Positions 1 through 13,101 of a DNA stretch of 64,000 nt are shown in pieces. This stretch comes from Mobula hypostoma. Its lineage: Eukaryota. The translations under genes were made by a program, and so were the position numbers. How positions within the stretch are numbered: the first letter of the stretch is position 1; each line of letters opens with the position of its first letter. The notes under the pieces are model-generated. The model was not told where the DNA came from. It saw only the letters and a list, made by a program, of their open reading frames with translations, and did no database searches. The stretch is taken from contig NC_086106.1 in NCBI RefSeq assembly GCF_963921235.1, positions 29,202,001-29,266,000 of the forward strand. The letters are read 5' to 3'.

Positions 1-305
1 GACTCATTAACCTGATCAACCCCATTCCCTTTCCTTCTCCTGTAACCTTTAAAGAGCTTGCTAATCAAGAACCTATCAACCTCTGCTCTAAATATACCCA
101 ATGAACTTGCCTCCACAGTCGTCTGTGGCAATGAATTCCACAGGATCTCCACTGGCAAAAGAAGTTGGTCATCTCTGTTGTTCCTTCTATTCTGAGGCTG
201 ACCCCTCTGGTCCTAGATTGTCCCACTATTAGAAACATCCTCTGCACGTACACTCTATCTCGGCCTTTCGATATTCGATAGTTTTCAATAAGGTCAACCC
301 CTTCC
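1..305 (-). mobile_element. CR1-clade LINE 3' fragment
   Basis: Reverse-strand CR1 3' end sequence (aagaacctatcaacctctgc...gaattccacag) similar to 14510-15040 and 40615-41163. Confidence 0.75.
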
Positions 306-319
306 AATATCACTTTTCT

Positions 320-1245
320 AAGCTCTGCGGAGGAGCTGAGAAAGGGAATTGCTTCCTCACACGTGGCCGAGTGGGAAGAGGTGCAGTCAAGGCAATGACA
401 GAGTTCATGGCTTTCTCCCAAGATGGAGGCAAAGAGATAAAGAAAGAGGAGAGAGGTGTCGGAGATGGACCAGGTGAATCTGAGCATAGAGTGGAAGTTG
501 TTGGTGATGTTGAGGAACTGATGCAAAGGGTAGCAGCAATGCAGCAGAGAAAGCTGTGGAACACTGGTGGTCCAGGCTTGGAACGTGGATTACTCCACAT
601 AGACAGGTAGACCTGGGGCCAGTGAAAAGATAGTGTCCACGGCTACTACTTTGGTCCTGAGAAAGTGAGAGGGGCCACAAAGAGGGGTTGTTGAGGGTGA
701 GGACCAGTCCCACCAGGTGGAGGAGGGGAATCTATTTCCCAGAATCCCCTTGCGTTCCTGAGGTGGGATAGAAGTGTCCAGAGACAGGTCATCCGTGGTG
801 GAAAGTTGAGGCCGGGATACTGAATGCTGTTGAAGTGGTGGAGTGCATACGAGGTGACCTGGATGTGGGTGGCAAGGGATGGAACCAATTGTGACAAGTT
901 GGAGCTGAGATACAAGGATACAACTTCAGCTGGGCTGGAGTGGCCAACTGGGGCAGTTAGGGTTGTGGACCTGGAGTAGGAGGTAGAAATGGGCAGTGCG
1001 CAGGTTGGAGGATGATGAGGTTGGAGTCGATAGAGGTGAGGATTTCCAGAGGGGATAAGGTCAGTGATGGTGTGGGAGTCTGGGGTTCAATTCAATGGCA
1101 AGTAGGAGGAGGTGTCAGACAGCTGACCTCTGGCCTCAGACAGGTTACCAGACTTTACAGCACCATCCATATTGCTCATGAGACAGCAAGGTTGCGATTG
1201 GTGCAGAGTGAGTGGAGTGCAGTGCATTCAGAGAGTGGAACTACT
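320..1245 (-). mobile_element. Penelope-like element (PLE) RT fragment, degraded
   Basis: ORF 65..526 contains NFHSMLRFTWSISDTSLLFL and SSHSATCEEAIPF, matching the PLE RT motifs also seen at 24540-24800 and 57400-57900. Confidence 0.75.
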
Positions 1246-1339
1246 GAACCCTTCAACTCCAATCTGTCACTAATTGCCCCTCCTTCTTTACTGAAATTAG
1301 ATTCTGGGTTGTGTGTCAATTCACCATTAAGTCAATCAT

Positions 1340-1665
1340 CTACCATCAGGCAGGAGGTACAGAACCCTGACCCCCCCCCCCACATGACCAGGATCAAGAA
1401 CAGCTACTTCCCTGTCACCATTGGGTTCTTGAACCAACCAGCACAACCCTAATCACCCGTCTGGTAACACAGACCACTTTGCATTAAAATTCACTTTTGT
1501 TCTATTTGTGACTTTTCTGGTGGAAATTTTTTACAATTCATGTTTAATTTCTGTTTTCCTTGTGAATGTTACCTATATGATCCCAGGTACCTGTGATGCT
1601 GCTGTACGTTTGTCATTACACCTGTACAGACATGTGCTTGTCCACAGGGCAATAAACTCAACCGG
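1340..1665 (+). mobile_element. Rex1/Babar-like LINE 3' fragment
   Basis: TRIKNSYFPVTIGFLN C-terminal motif, followed by a 3' UTR ending in aataaa. Confidence 0.6.
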
Positions 1666-2349
1666 CTTGGAATCGGACATTTTGTTTGAGCCACCAAGAC
1701 CTGACACATTCCAATGTCTAAACCGTGTAAACAGAGCCCAGCATGTCTTTCATTACCTGTGTTTCCCAGGTGGAAGTCGTAATCTCTGCAGTACGACCTG
1801 CGGCCTCAGCACCCCGACGACTTTGAATCAGACACCGTGTCCCACGAGATCCCCCAGTCGCCCATTCTCTCCACTTCTCCAGCATCCATTTCCCTCTCAT
1901 GAGGTCTGTTGGCCAGGACCCTGGCCTTATTCTTTTCCTCGGTGGTAGATCTTGAGGAAAGAAGATTACCCAATTAGATGCTTCCAGAAATGATACATGA
2001 CTTTCATTGTCCAATTATAGTGAGGACACCAACTCCACCCACCTAGGACAGGTAAACCCCATGACCCTGTCATCACCTGTTGCATCCACCCTTGTTAATG
2101 CCTTAGCTTTGCACAGGTCTTTACTGGATACATGTGAGTGCAGACACAAGCCATTGGCGAGTTCGTCTGAAACTGGACTCCTTCGTTTATCATCTTGTAT
2201 CCCGGGATTCCACAGGGGTCAAGGAATGTGCCTGCCTCCACCCCTTTGGAAATTCAACCCACATCTCTCACACTCCCTACAACCTCGCTGTTTGAAATGT
2301 GGGTTCAGCTCAAGGTCTGAATATTCCCTTTACCTGTTCTGATTCAAGA

Positions 2350-2790
2350 TCAAGATGGCACCAGTGATGATCTAGGGACTGCAGAAAATTGTTTCCAAAT
2401 ATTCTCATAAAGATACCTCTTTTGAATCACTTTCACTGCAATCTGCAGCATTTAACTTCCCTCCTAACAATAGACTTTTAAATCTACTCAATAATCTTGT
2501 GATCTCATGATCTATTGAAGAACCCAGACCAAACAGGGATGGCTCCTTTAAGAAAGTACATTGCCATGGTGGAATGGGAGGCAGGAGAGGGCTGTCTCCA
2601 AGCCAGGATGAAATGTAGAGGGATGAGATCTCCTCTACCCAATACCTTGTTGGCAAATGTGCAGTCACTGGAGAACAAAGCTGAGGACCCGAGGACAAGA
2701 CTACTGTATCAGAGGCAAGTGACAGAATGCTGAATTGCATGCTATATTGAAACTTGGACTTCACTGGGCTCATCGGATTCAGATTCATGT
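2350..2790 (+). mobile_element. Rex1/Babar-like LINE 5' fragment (APE N-terminus)
   Basis: caagatggc start; ORF 2515..2733 encodes PLPNTLLANVQSLENK. Confidence 0.6.
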
Positions 2791-3131
2791 ACAATGCAAC
2801 ACCATAATAGAAAAAAACTGAATTACATTATATATATATAGATATAGTTACATTAAATAAATTTTAAAATAGTGAGATAGTCTTCATGGTTTCAATGTCC
2901 ATTCAAGAATAGGATGGCAGAGGGGAAGAAGCTGTTATTGAATCATTGAGTGTGCACCTTCAGGCTCCTGTACCTCCTTACTGATGGTATCAATGAGAAC
3001 AGGGCATGAGCACCGCCCCTGTCTGCTAATGGAGTAGGAGTATTTTTCTGCTGCTCTTAGTTTTCTTTCTTTCCCCCAGTTTAAGCTTTGAATTTAAAAT
3101 TTTTATTTGTTGATTCTTGAGGGTGATCAAT

Positions 3132-3956
3132 ATGTCTATGTCTACAAGAAGTGGGAAGAATTTACCTGAACCTAGTGATAAAGGTAATGGGAAAGGAAAG
3201 GTGCAAAAGGAAAGATCTGATGAAATGCCATCGTGGGCTGAAGATATCGTTCCGACACTGAATTCAATTAAGGATCAGAATGGATCAATTAAAGACCAAC
3301 TGGGAAAGAATAGTAATGAAATGGAGTCATTTCTGGGAAAACTTAAAGACCTGGAAACTCAAGTTATTTCAGACGAAGAGGAATTGAAGATAACTAAGCA
3401 AAAGCTGTCTGAAGCTACAGCTCATTTGGAAAGATATCAAAATAAGATTATAGACCTGGAAACCAGGTCTCGACGAAGGAATATAAGAATTGTTGGGCTG
3501 CAGGAAGGAGCTGAAGATGGAGATCTAACGGCTTACTTTGGTGAGCTTTTCCACACTTTATTTCCTACCATTCTATCAAAACCGCCTGCTATAGAAAGTG
3601 CACACAGGGCGTTTATCTCGAAATCGAAGGACTCTAGTAAACCAAGATCTGTTCTGGTTTGATTTCATCACTTGAAAATTAAAGATCAAATAATACAACA
3701 GGCAAGAAAACAGAGAGTTTTTAGATTTATGGAATCTGAGCTCTGCTTCTATGAAGATTATCCAAGAGAGATAATGGAACAAAGATCAAAATTTGCCCTG
3801 GTAATGAAACAAGCATATGATAAGAATCTTTTCCCATCTCTGAGGTATCCGACAAAACTTAAAATTTTTCCTCCTCGTACTTTTTTTGATCCAAATGCTG
3901 CACTGGATTTTGTTCAGGCTTTGCCTGCCGCTGTCACAGACACCGTTGTTAAATGA
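3132..3956 (+). pseudogene. L1 ORF1p (coiled coil plus RRM, Transposase_22-like) with an in-frame stop at 3660-3662
   Basis: Motifs DLETRSRRRNIRIVGLQEG, IESAHR, KPRSVLV*FH, FYEDY and LRYP; ORF pieces 3117..3662 and 3672..3956 are in the same frame. Confidence 0.92.
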
Positions 3957-4689
3957 TCCATCTGAAAGGCTGTTTGGCTATTTCTATATTATTCGCATTT
4001 TGGAAAGAAGATTTATGAAGGTCACTTGTATATTTCATCGACAGACTAATTAAAGAACATGGGGAGTTCTTCTTTATTGCATATTATTGGTTTTCCTTTG
4101 GAAAGATTTATGGTTTAAGTATCTCTGCTCAAATATCTCTGGACATTTGATGACTGAGGGAAGAAGATAAGGCGATTTGTTCCTTTAATTTAATACTTCG
4201 TGGCTAATTGGTATTTTTTCCTACTAATAGGGCTTTTTATATATTTTTCTGTTCTATCATAACATTTTATAACTGAATTTAAAGCTTTTTTAGGGAATTA
4301 ATATTAAACTTAAACATGGCGCTGGTTCTTCTCTCTAAGAGATAATAATATTTTGGTTCTTTCTTGTTTATCAGTCAATGGAATGTAAATACCTTTTTTG
4401 CTGAGACTTTATTGTCTTTTTCACAAGGTCACTCTACTTTTTTACTAACTGGGGGGAGGGAAAGAAAACACAGACAGAGCAGTCAGCAGCTTTGAATTCT
4501 ATCGTAGATCGTTTGCCTTTTTCGGGTTTCCGGGTGTGGGTGGGTGGGTTTAGTGTTAGTTTTTTCCCATTGGGTGGTTCCGGAGCATGCGTGTTTTTTT
4601 ATTTGGTTGTATTCTTCATCACCGCCATCTTTGATCATCTTGCATTGGTATGTGCTTTGTGCATGTATAAAGTAGAATGAAATTACAGT

Positions 4690-7600
4690 ATGCTGTTCAA
4701 ACGGATTAATATAATAAGTCGGAATGTATGTAGTTGGAATCATCCTATTAAACGAAAGAAGACTTTTAAAATTATTAATCGATTCCAACCTGATATAATT
4801 TTTGCTCAAGAGACACATATCAGGGCGGGAGATCAAAATAGATTTTTTAGATGGTGGAATGGTTTGCAATTCCAGTCCACTTCTCAGAGTAAAACAAAAG
4901 GTGTGTCTATTTTCATTAAACCTAATATATTTATTCAAGAGGATATTGAATCAGATTCTAATGGTAGATTTTTAATTGTTAAAGGAACAATCTGTAATAG
5001 GAAAGTTGTTTTGGTTAATTTGTATGGTCCTAACTTAGATGATCCTTCTTTTTTTAAAAAGGTATTCGCTTTACTGCCTGACATAAATGAATATACGCTC
5101 ATAATGGGTGGGGATTTTAATTGTTGTTTAATTCCTATGATTGATAAGAGCTCAACCAATCAGCGACTTCCAAATTGATCCTCATCATTTATTAATTCCT
5201 TTTTGATTGATTTTGAGTTGATTGATTTGTGGAGGTATCTTCATCCCAACAATAGAGAATACTCTTTCTTCTCACATTTTTATAAAAAATATTCGAGGAT
5301 CGATTATATTATAATCGATCCCCGCTTCTTGCCTAGTGTTAAAACCTGCGAATATGACGCTTTTGCTATATCTAATCATGCACTTCTGAGCTTGTCTTTT
5401 GAATTTGATGATGTCATTCTTGCCCATCCACCATGGCTCATGTCTCAGACATTATTGCAAAACTCTGACTTTGTCACTTACATTGAAACCCAGATAAAGG
5501 AATTTTTTTCTTTTTAATGATATAGGGGGTATGTCTAAATTAGTTATATGGGATACATTTAAAGCATTTTTACGCAGTCAGGTTATTTCTTATTCAGCTA
5601 AACTTAAAAAACAAACTAAAGCAGAATTAGATAGAATTTCAAAACAAATTAAAGATTTAGATAATATTTATGCAATTTCCCCCAATACTGATTTATTTAA
5701 ACAAAGGGTGGAACTTCAATCACAATATAACCTGTTATTAACTCATCCCATTGAAAGTTATTTGCTTAAGTTAAAGAGCCAATTTTATATGTCTGGAGAT
5801 AAAAATAATAAACTGCTTGCATCTCAATTAAAAATGGCTGGAGCCAAAAGGCAAAGCATGAAAATCCGTAGGAAAGATGGTACCTTAGCTCAGGAATATG
5901 AGGAAATTAATAAGATTTTTCAAGGCTTTTATGCTGAGCTATATAAATCTCAATGTCCGTTAGATTCCTCTAAAATGAATGCTTTTTTACGAAAGATTGT
6001 TTTTCCTAAAATCTCGGCTGAGGATCAAAAGATTCTCGATGCTCAAATTACTGAAGCCGAAGTTCATTAAGCTATTTTTTCAATGCAATCTGGTAAGGCC
6101 CCTGGACTTGATGGTTATCCCATAGAACTTTATAAAAAATTTGGAAAGTTGCTCTGTCCGTATATGTTGGAAATGTTTAAGGATTCTTTTGTGAAAGGTG
6201 ACTTACCCTCTACTTTTTATGAGGCCTCTATTTCTTTAATTCTTAAAAAAGATGAAGATCCTACTGACTGTGCCTCATATAGACCTATTTCATTACTGAA
6301 TGTCGATGCTAAGATTTTGTCAAAGATAATGGCCAATCGGTTGGAGAATATTTTGGGTAAAATTATTTGTAAAGATCAAACAGGTCGCTATTCCTTTTCA
6401 AATGTTCGGAGACTACTTAACATTATATATTCATCCTCTTCTAAAATTCCACAATGTGTTGTATCTTTGGATGCTGAAAAAGCGTTCGACCGAGTCGAAT
6501 GGAAATATTTATTCAATGTTTTAGAGAAATTTGGCTTTGGTGTTAATTTTAATAATTGGATTAAAATGATATATAAAGCCCCTATTGCTACTGTTGTCAC
6601 TAACAATTGTAGGTCTCCTTTTTTTCAGTTTTCACGAGGGACAAGGCAAGGCTGTCCATTAAGTCCTTTGTTGTTTAATTTAATACTAGAACCCCTTGCT
6701 ATTGCTCTTTGTGAGGCTAAAAATATCCATGGGATATTTGTGAATGAGACCATGCATAAGGTCTCTCTTTATGCTGATGATTTATTGGTTTATATATCTA
6801 ATCCTGACGAATCCATTCCTGCCCTGTTAAAATTATTTAATGAATTCGGAGGTTTTTCAGGATATAAAATTAATTTTAGTAAAAGTGAATTATTTCCTTT
6901 AAATGATTCTGTTTCTATATATGATAATACTCCTTTTAAAATTTCAGACTCTTTTAGATATTTAGGTATTGTAATTACTAAAAAATATAAGGATCTTTAT
7001 AAAGCTAATTTTGTTCCCTTAGTAGACTCTATGAAGTATTTATTTAGTAGATGGAGTCCACTTACATTTTCACTTGTTGGTCGTATTCATATAGTTAAAA
7101 TGATGATTTTACCGAAATTTTTATATTTATTTCAGAATATTCCTGTCTTTTTGACTAGGAAGTTTTTTGATCAGATTGATTCTATTATTTTATCTTTTAT
7201 TTGGAATAATAAAAGACCAAGAATTAGTAAATGTCATTTACAAAAATTGAAAAAGGATGGAGGTCTTGCTTTGCCTAATTTTAGAATGTATTATTGGGCT
7301 GTTAATCTGCAATATATGTCTTTTTGGTTATACTGGGTTGATAAGACTGATCGGCCAATTTGGGTAGACCTGGAACTAAAAGTTGTAAAACAGTTTTATT
7401 TAACTTCGTTATTGGGGGCTCCTTTACCTATGCAATTAGGTAAAGTTGTTAATTTAAACTTATATCCTGTGATTAAGTATTCTTTACAAATTTGGCTCCA
7501 GTTCCGCAATTCTTTTAATCTTAAAAAATTTAAACTTTGTAGTTTAATTTACCGAAATTACTTTTTTAAGCCTTCTTTGAGTGATCCAATTTTTTTCTAC

Positions 7601-8458
7601 TTTGGAAAAATAAAGGTATTAATTCTTTTTTGGATTTATTTAGAGAAGATAGATTGATGTCCTTTGAACAATTAACTGATAAATATTCTCTTTCATATTC
7701 ACACTTTCTGCAATACCTTCAAGTTAGACATTTTTTACAAAAATATTTAAGTAATTTCCCTTACATATTGGAGGCTGACCTGTTAGATACTATTATGAGT
7801 ATGAATCCTTTGATTAAGGGTTCTATTGGAAGAATTTATAATTTATTATTACAATGGGATAAGCGTCCTTTGTCTAAGATTAAACAGGATTGGGAAAAGG
7901 AACTTAATTTGACTTTTATGACGGAGGATTGGATGCGGATATTGAAGTTGGTTAACTCTTCTTCAATTTGTGCTAGCCATTCATTGATTCAATTTAAAAT
8001 TGTACATCGTTATCATTTGACAAAGGAGAGACTTTCAAAAATCTTTCCTAATGTTGATAGTCATTGTGATAGATGTAAAACTGAGATAGCTACACTGACA
8101 CATATGTCTTGGTCTTGTTCTATATTGGAACAGTTCTGGAAGTCGGTTTTCTCAACAATTTCTAAAGCACTTAAAATGAATTTACAACCTAATAAATTAA
8201 CTGTGCTTTTTGGAATAGTTCCTCAAAATATTCATGGTATTTCTGTGTCTGACCAACATGTTATTGCATTTGTTACATTGATCCTAGGAGGGCCATTTTG
8301 TTGAAGTGGAAGGATACATCAGCTCCCACTTTGTCACAATGGTTCTCTCAAGTGATGTTATGTCTTAGTTTGGAGAAAATTAGAAGTTGAACCTTTGAAC
8401 CTTTATTTGATTTTGAGAAAAGATGGGGCTCATTTGCTCGTTATTATCATTTGAGTTA
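4690..8458 (+). pseudogene. L1 ORF2p (APE endonuclease, RT, C-terminal CCHC) broken by stops and frameshifts
   Basis: APE motifs QETH, GGDFN, YSRIDY, SNH; RT motifs GKAPGLDG, YRPISLLN, LDAEKAFD, GTRQGCPLSP, YADD, YLGI; zinc knuckle CDRC..THMSWSC. Confidence 0.95.
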
Positions 8459-9604
8459 ATTGATATAATATTTCCACGATCTAATTGTAAATTCTTTTAG
8501 TATATTTTCTTTTCTTGCTGGCTTCTTAGAAGCTTTTTGTATGACGCATGGCTCCGGGGTTGTACACCTAGTGGGTTTTCTTTTTTTTTTCCTCACTTTT
8601 CTGCTCAGTAGGGTTTTTTTGTTATCACAAAATTTTGTTTTCAATCTTTAAGATGATGGGTTTTTTTGAGGCATTGTAGGTTTTGTTCCTTCGATGTACT
8701 CATGTTATTTTTCCTATATGTACAATAAAAAGATTTGAAAAGAAAGAGAACAGGGCATATCCTAGGTGATGGGGGCTCTTAATGATGGATGCCACGTTTT
8801 TGAGGCATCACTCCTCGAGGATGTTCTGGGTACTACAGATGCTCGTGCCCATGATGGAGCAGACTGTTTACAACTCTCTGCAGCTTACTTGGATCCCGCC
8901 ACCCCACCACCCCCATATACACACCAGACAGTGATACAGCCAGCTAGAATTCTCTCTACAGTACACCTGTAGAAGTTTGTGAGTGACAGTCCTCATGAAA
9001 TATAGCTGCTATATTGCATCTACATGTTTGGCCCAGAGAGATATTGACAGCCAGAAACTCGAAATTGCTCACTCTTTCTGATCACTGAGGACTGGCGTGT
9101 GCTCCCTCGCCTTACCGTTTCTGGAGTCCACAATCAGTTCTTTGGTCTTACTGACATTGAGTGCAAGGTTGTTAATGCATCACCACTCAACCAGCTGATA
9201 CATCTCGCTCCTGTCTGCTCCCTCATCACCATCTGAAATTCTGCCAACAATAGTCATGGCATCATCACATTTATAGATGGCATTCGAGCTATGTCTGCTC
9301 TACTCTCCCTCAGTGTAGACACACTTACCTGAGATATGCCAGTGAGGTCAGTGAGGTGGAGATGTTATTTCCAATCTGCAGATTGTGGTCTTCTGGTTAG
9401 GTAGTCGAGGATCTAGTTGCAGAGGGAGGTACAGAGGTCCATGTTTCTGGAAGTTTTTGACCAGAACTCTTGGAATGATTATGTTAAATGCTGGGCTGTA
9501 GTCAGGATGCTGTTTATTGACATAGGTATTAGTATAGTCCAGGTGATCCAAGGCCTCAACTTGCCTCAAGGCCCTTCTGTAAAAATCATGTTAAGTATTG
9601 CATA

Positions 9605-9902
9605 TCGGGTAGGGGAGTCCAGAAAGAGGTGCATAGATTTAAGGTGTCGGGAAAGAACTTAACACAGATAGGAGGGTCAGTTTTCACCATGGAAAGGGTA
9701 GTGAACATATAAACAAGCTGCCAAAGAATTGGTTGATGCAGATACAACAGTATCATTTAAGAAACACTTAGATAGGTACGTGCAGAGATAGGGCAGAGAG
9801 GGATCTGGACCAAAGGCACAAACCAGCGACTAACTGGGTGATCACGTTTGGCATGGACTTGTTGGGACAAAGGGCCTGTTTCTGTGCTGTATTGCTCCAT
9901 GA
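9605..9902 (+). mobile_element. CR1 3' fragment
   Basis: gtaggggagtccagaaagagg...gggcctgtttctgtgctgta is a CR1-type 3' end. Confidence 0.6.
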
Positions 9903-9959
9903 CTTCACGTTTTCTAAAGCAGAGGGTTAATTTCAATGAATGGATGTGTACAATATACT

Positions 9960-10330
9960 ACATTCAGATTCACTTTCTTACAGGCATTTACATAAGTGGA
10001 CTGAGATTAATAACCAATGTGCAAAAGGTGAACTGTGGAAATATATAAAATAAAACTGAGAAAATAAATTGAAAACGAGATCCAAGGCTGTTCTTTAGCC
10101 TGACGGCTGCAGGGTAATACCTGTTCCTGAACCTGGTGCTGAGGGACCCAAGGCTTCTATTCCTTCCGCCCAATGGCAGTAGTGAGAGGAGATCAGGGCC
10201 TGGATGGTGGGGGTCCTTGATGATGAATGTTGCTTTCTTGTGGGGACACTCCATGTAAATGTATTCCATTGCCTGTGATGGACTGGCCCTGTCCATTCCT
10301 TTCTATAGCCTTTGCTGTTACTGGTCATTG
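9960..10330 (-). mobile_element. Rex1/Babar 3' fragment
   Basis: ORF 9988..10296 encodes IIKDPHHPG..LLPLGGRNRSL..TRFRNRYYPAAVRL. Confidence 0.75.
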
Positions 10331-10974
10331 GTAATTCTATATCATATCATGATTCCACCAGTTAAGGTACTCACCAGTGACATGCAGGATCTACAGAAAC
10401 CTGAGGCACTGTTGTGCTTTCTTCCAAACAGTAGTGCAGATCTCAGCACAAATCCTCTGGGTATGTGAACACTGAGGAATGTTAAGCTACTGAAGCTGTG
10501 CACCTCTGATTTTCCTAATGCAAATACCAATAAGAACACATACCTGCAGTGTCATCAACTTGTCCTGGGACATTCAGGGATCTGTGGACATTATCCACCA
10601 GGTCTATCTGCTCCAGAACCCCTATTAAATCCTCACCCACCCTCAAATCCATTGAATTAATATATATCTCTCACCTTTCATTCTAAACTAATCTTTGGCT
10701 ACGATTCACATTGGGATGTCCTGAGGGAGGGAACCTTTACCAAACGTGATCAACAAACTCTGTCCACAGTGATCTGGGGCCAACAGATCAACCCCTGCAA
10801 CACCTGGCGCTGACCAATCATCTTAACGCTGTTTGAGGGATCTTTCTGTGCAGATACTGACAGGTACAACCTGACACTATCTAATCATTTCAGACACTAA
10901 ACAGAAGCAGCAGGCAGTGTGTTTCAATCAAAACCAATGAAATGTAAAATGAATAATGATGTTATGTGATCTGG

Positions 10975-12222
10975 AGGACATGAGTTACTGTATAAGGAGA
11001 GGCTGAATACACTGTGGTTTCTTTCCCTGGAATATAGACTGAGGGGGTGACCATACAGAGGTACATGAGGTGATGATGGCAGCAGACAAGATGAATGGTC
11101 AGTTCTTTCCCCAGTGTAGGGGAGCTACAACTAGACAACGTAGACTGAAGAGAAGAAAGATTTGAAAGAACCCAGGAGCAGAATTAGGCCAATCAGCCCA
11201 TCGATTCTGCTCCATTATTCAATTGTCTCTGGTCTAAAGGGATGTCCTTGTATTCTGAGATTCCAACATCTGGTCCTTGACTCCTCCACTACAGGAAACA
11301 TCCTCTCCATGTCCACTCTGTATAGGCATCTCAATATCCAACAGGCTTCAATGACATTCCCTTCATGCTTCGAGTACAGGGCCAAAGCCATCAAATGCTT
11401 CTCACATGATAACCCTTGTATTCACAGAATCACTCTCCTGAACCTCCTCTGGACACTCTCCAATGTCAGTACACCCTTCCTTAGATAAAGGTACAGTAAT
11501 GCTCATGATTTTGTTGAATCAGCTTGGACAGATGAGATCTCTGAGGGTGTGGACACAATTCCACATGTAAGTGGAGAAAAGCCGGTTTGCAGACCTTTGC
11601 AAAAGAAAACAACTCCCATCGTAGTTCCCATCCCACCTGGTTTGTGCTTCCAACTCCATCCACTCTTTCACCTCTTCCTTTCCCACTATCCAAGGATCCA
11701 AACAGCTTTTCAATGCTACAAACCTTAGTGGGAAGTTTGAATGCAAGAGAATTAGAATTTTAGAAATAAAAACAAGGCATAATGCTGAGACCTTATAAGG
11801 CCGTTGCCAGGTCACATTCAGGGTAATTTTGATCTAAGAAAACAAATGCTGGCATTGGAGAGGGTCAAGAGGAGAATGGTCCCTGGAATGAATTTATTGA
11901 GAGGGTGGGTGCGCTCAGTGAGAGTGGACGTGGAAAAGATGTTTCCAATAGTGGGAGGTTCTAGGACAAAAAGGGTCTACCCTGTAATGGAAAGATGTCC
12001 CTTTGGAACAGAAATAAGGAGGATTTTCCTGAGGCAAAGGTTGCCGGGACGTGTGGAATTCTTTGCCACCAATGGCTAGAAGCTGCATCACTGGATATAT
12101 TTAAAGGAGGCTGATAGTTTATGCCCTGAAAGATTATGTGGAGAAGGCAGGAGGACAGCATTGAGAAGGTAAATAAATCAGTTGTGACTGAATGGTAGAA
12201 GAGACCGGATGGGCTGAATGGG
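10975..12222. mobile_element. Mosaic of degraded CR1 fragments (both strands) with a short PLE piece at about 11530-11710
   Basis: CR1 motifs VDVEKMFPIVGGSRT, ctgagggggtgacc and gatgggctgaatgg; PLE-like ccactatccaaggatccaaacag. Confidence 0.6.
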
Positions 12223-12279
12223 TTAATTCTGACATGGAGATGCTGGAGGGGAAGTATGTGCTGAGGAAGCAGGGAGTCT

Positions 12280-12373
12280 GTGGACTGTCGCTTTAAGAGC
12301 GCCCGAGTCAGGCGGGGCTATGACGTCAGTCACTGGCTGCTGTGGTTTGTGCAGATTAAACTCATATACAGAG
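12280..12373. promoter_or_regulatory. Promoter-like CpG-containing segment (GC box plus CRE) cut by the assembly gap
   Basis: ggcggggc at 12311-12318 and tgacgtca at 12321-12328. Confidence 0.35.
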
Positions 12374-12504
12374 NNNNNNNNNNNNNNNNNNNNNNNNNNN
12401 NNNNNNNNNNNNNNNNNNNNNNNNNNNNNNNNNNNNNNNNNNNNNNNNNNNNNNNNNNNNNNNNNNNNNNNNNNNNNNNNNNNNNNNNNNNNNNNNNNNN
12501 NNNN
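12374..12504. other. Assembly gap (N run)
   Basis: Run of n characters. Confidence 1.
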
Positions 12505-13101
12505 GCTTGTCACAGCTGAGGCTTGGAACTCCCCTGTGCCCACAAGGGTGGGTTAAACATCGGCACACGATGCACAACGAATGTGGGACTGTCACCTCGT
12601 ATGATCCATAGGAGTGCATTTTGGGGATATCTTGTGGGACCACTTGTGCAGCCCTTGCCTGGGTATGTTGTGTGGTAACCTCTGGGAGAGGATATTCCCG
12701 TGACAGGTCACTTTCGTGATAATTCGTATGTGGATTTGGAACGACACGACGGACAAGATCTACGGCGACTGTTACCTCGTTTTACCAGCGTGGAACCTGT
12801 GGAATATTTTCTATTTACCTTTTCTCTACATTTCACCCTGGATTACAAATCTCTCTCTCCCATTATTTATCTCGTGGATTACTGAACTTCCCTACTTCAC
12901 CATCTCAAGACTCTAAGCCTTGTTCCCCCAAGCTCAGTGGTTATATTTACACACATTTACACTGTTAACTTTAGTTTATCTTGGTTGAGTTACTATATTA
13001 TAAGCAGTTACTAATAAAGATAGTGGTTTTAATATCAAAACCAGACTCCATGTGTAATCTATTGCTGCTGGTTTGTTTCTAAAACGTTACACTTCGTAAC
13101 A
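12505..13101 (+). mobile_element. Gypsy-type LTR, 3' part (5' part lost in the gap)
   Basis: aataaa...ccagactcc...tgctggttt...cgtaaCA terminus; resembles the reverse complement of the LTR ends at 19957 and 58878. Confidence 0.65.

Larger units (their letters stand above)
3008..8745 (+). mobile_element. Full-length L1-clade LINE (about 5.74 kb), inactivated
   Basis: 13-bp TSD gagaacagggcat at 2995-3007 and 8746-8758; ORF1 and ORF2 present; 3' end aataaaaagatttgaaaagaaa. Confidence 0.95.
2790..9560 (-). mobile_element. Rex1/Babar-like LINE remnant split by the L1 insertion (pieces about 2790-3007 and 8746-9560)
   Basis: cttcaggctcctgtacctcc...gagaacagggcat resumes after the L1 as atcctaggtgatgg, matching the uninterrupted copies at about 17760-17830 and 24360-24420. 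Confidence 0.75.

Noticed and set aside
1670-2340. Possible host exon after gtttcccag at about 1769
   Set aside because: No recognisable protein similarity or partner splice site, so it is left unannotated.
12223-12643. ORFs containing X runs
   Set aside because: They are artefacts of translating across the N gap.
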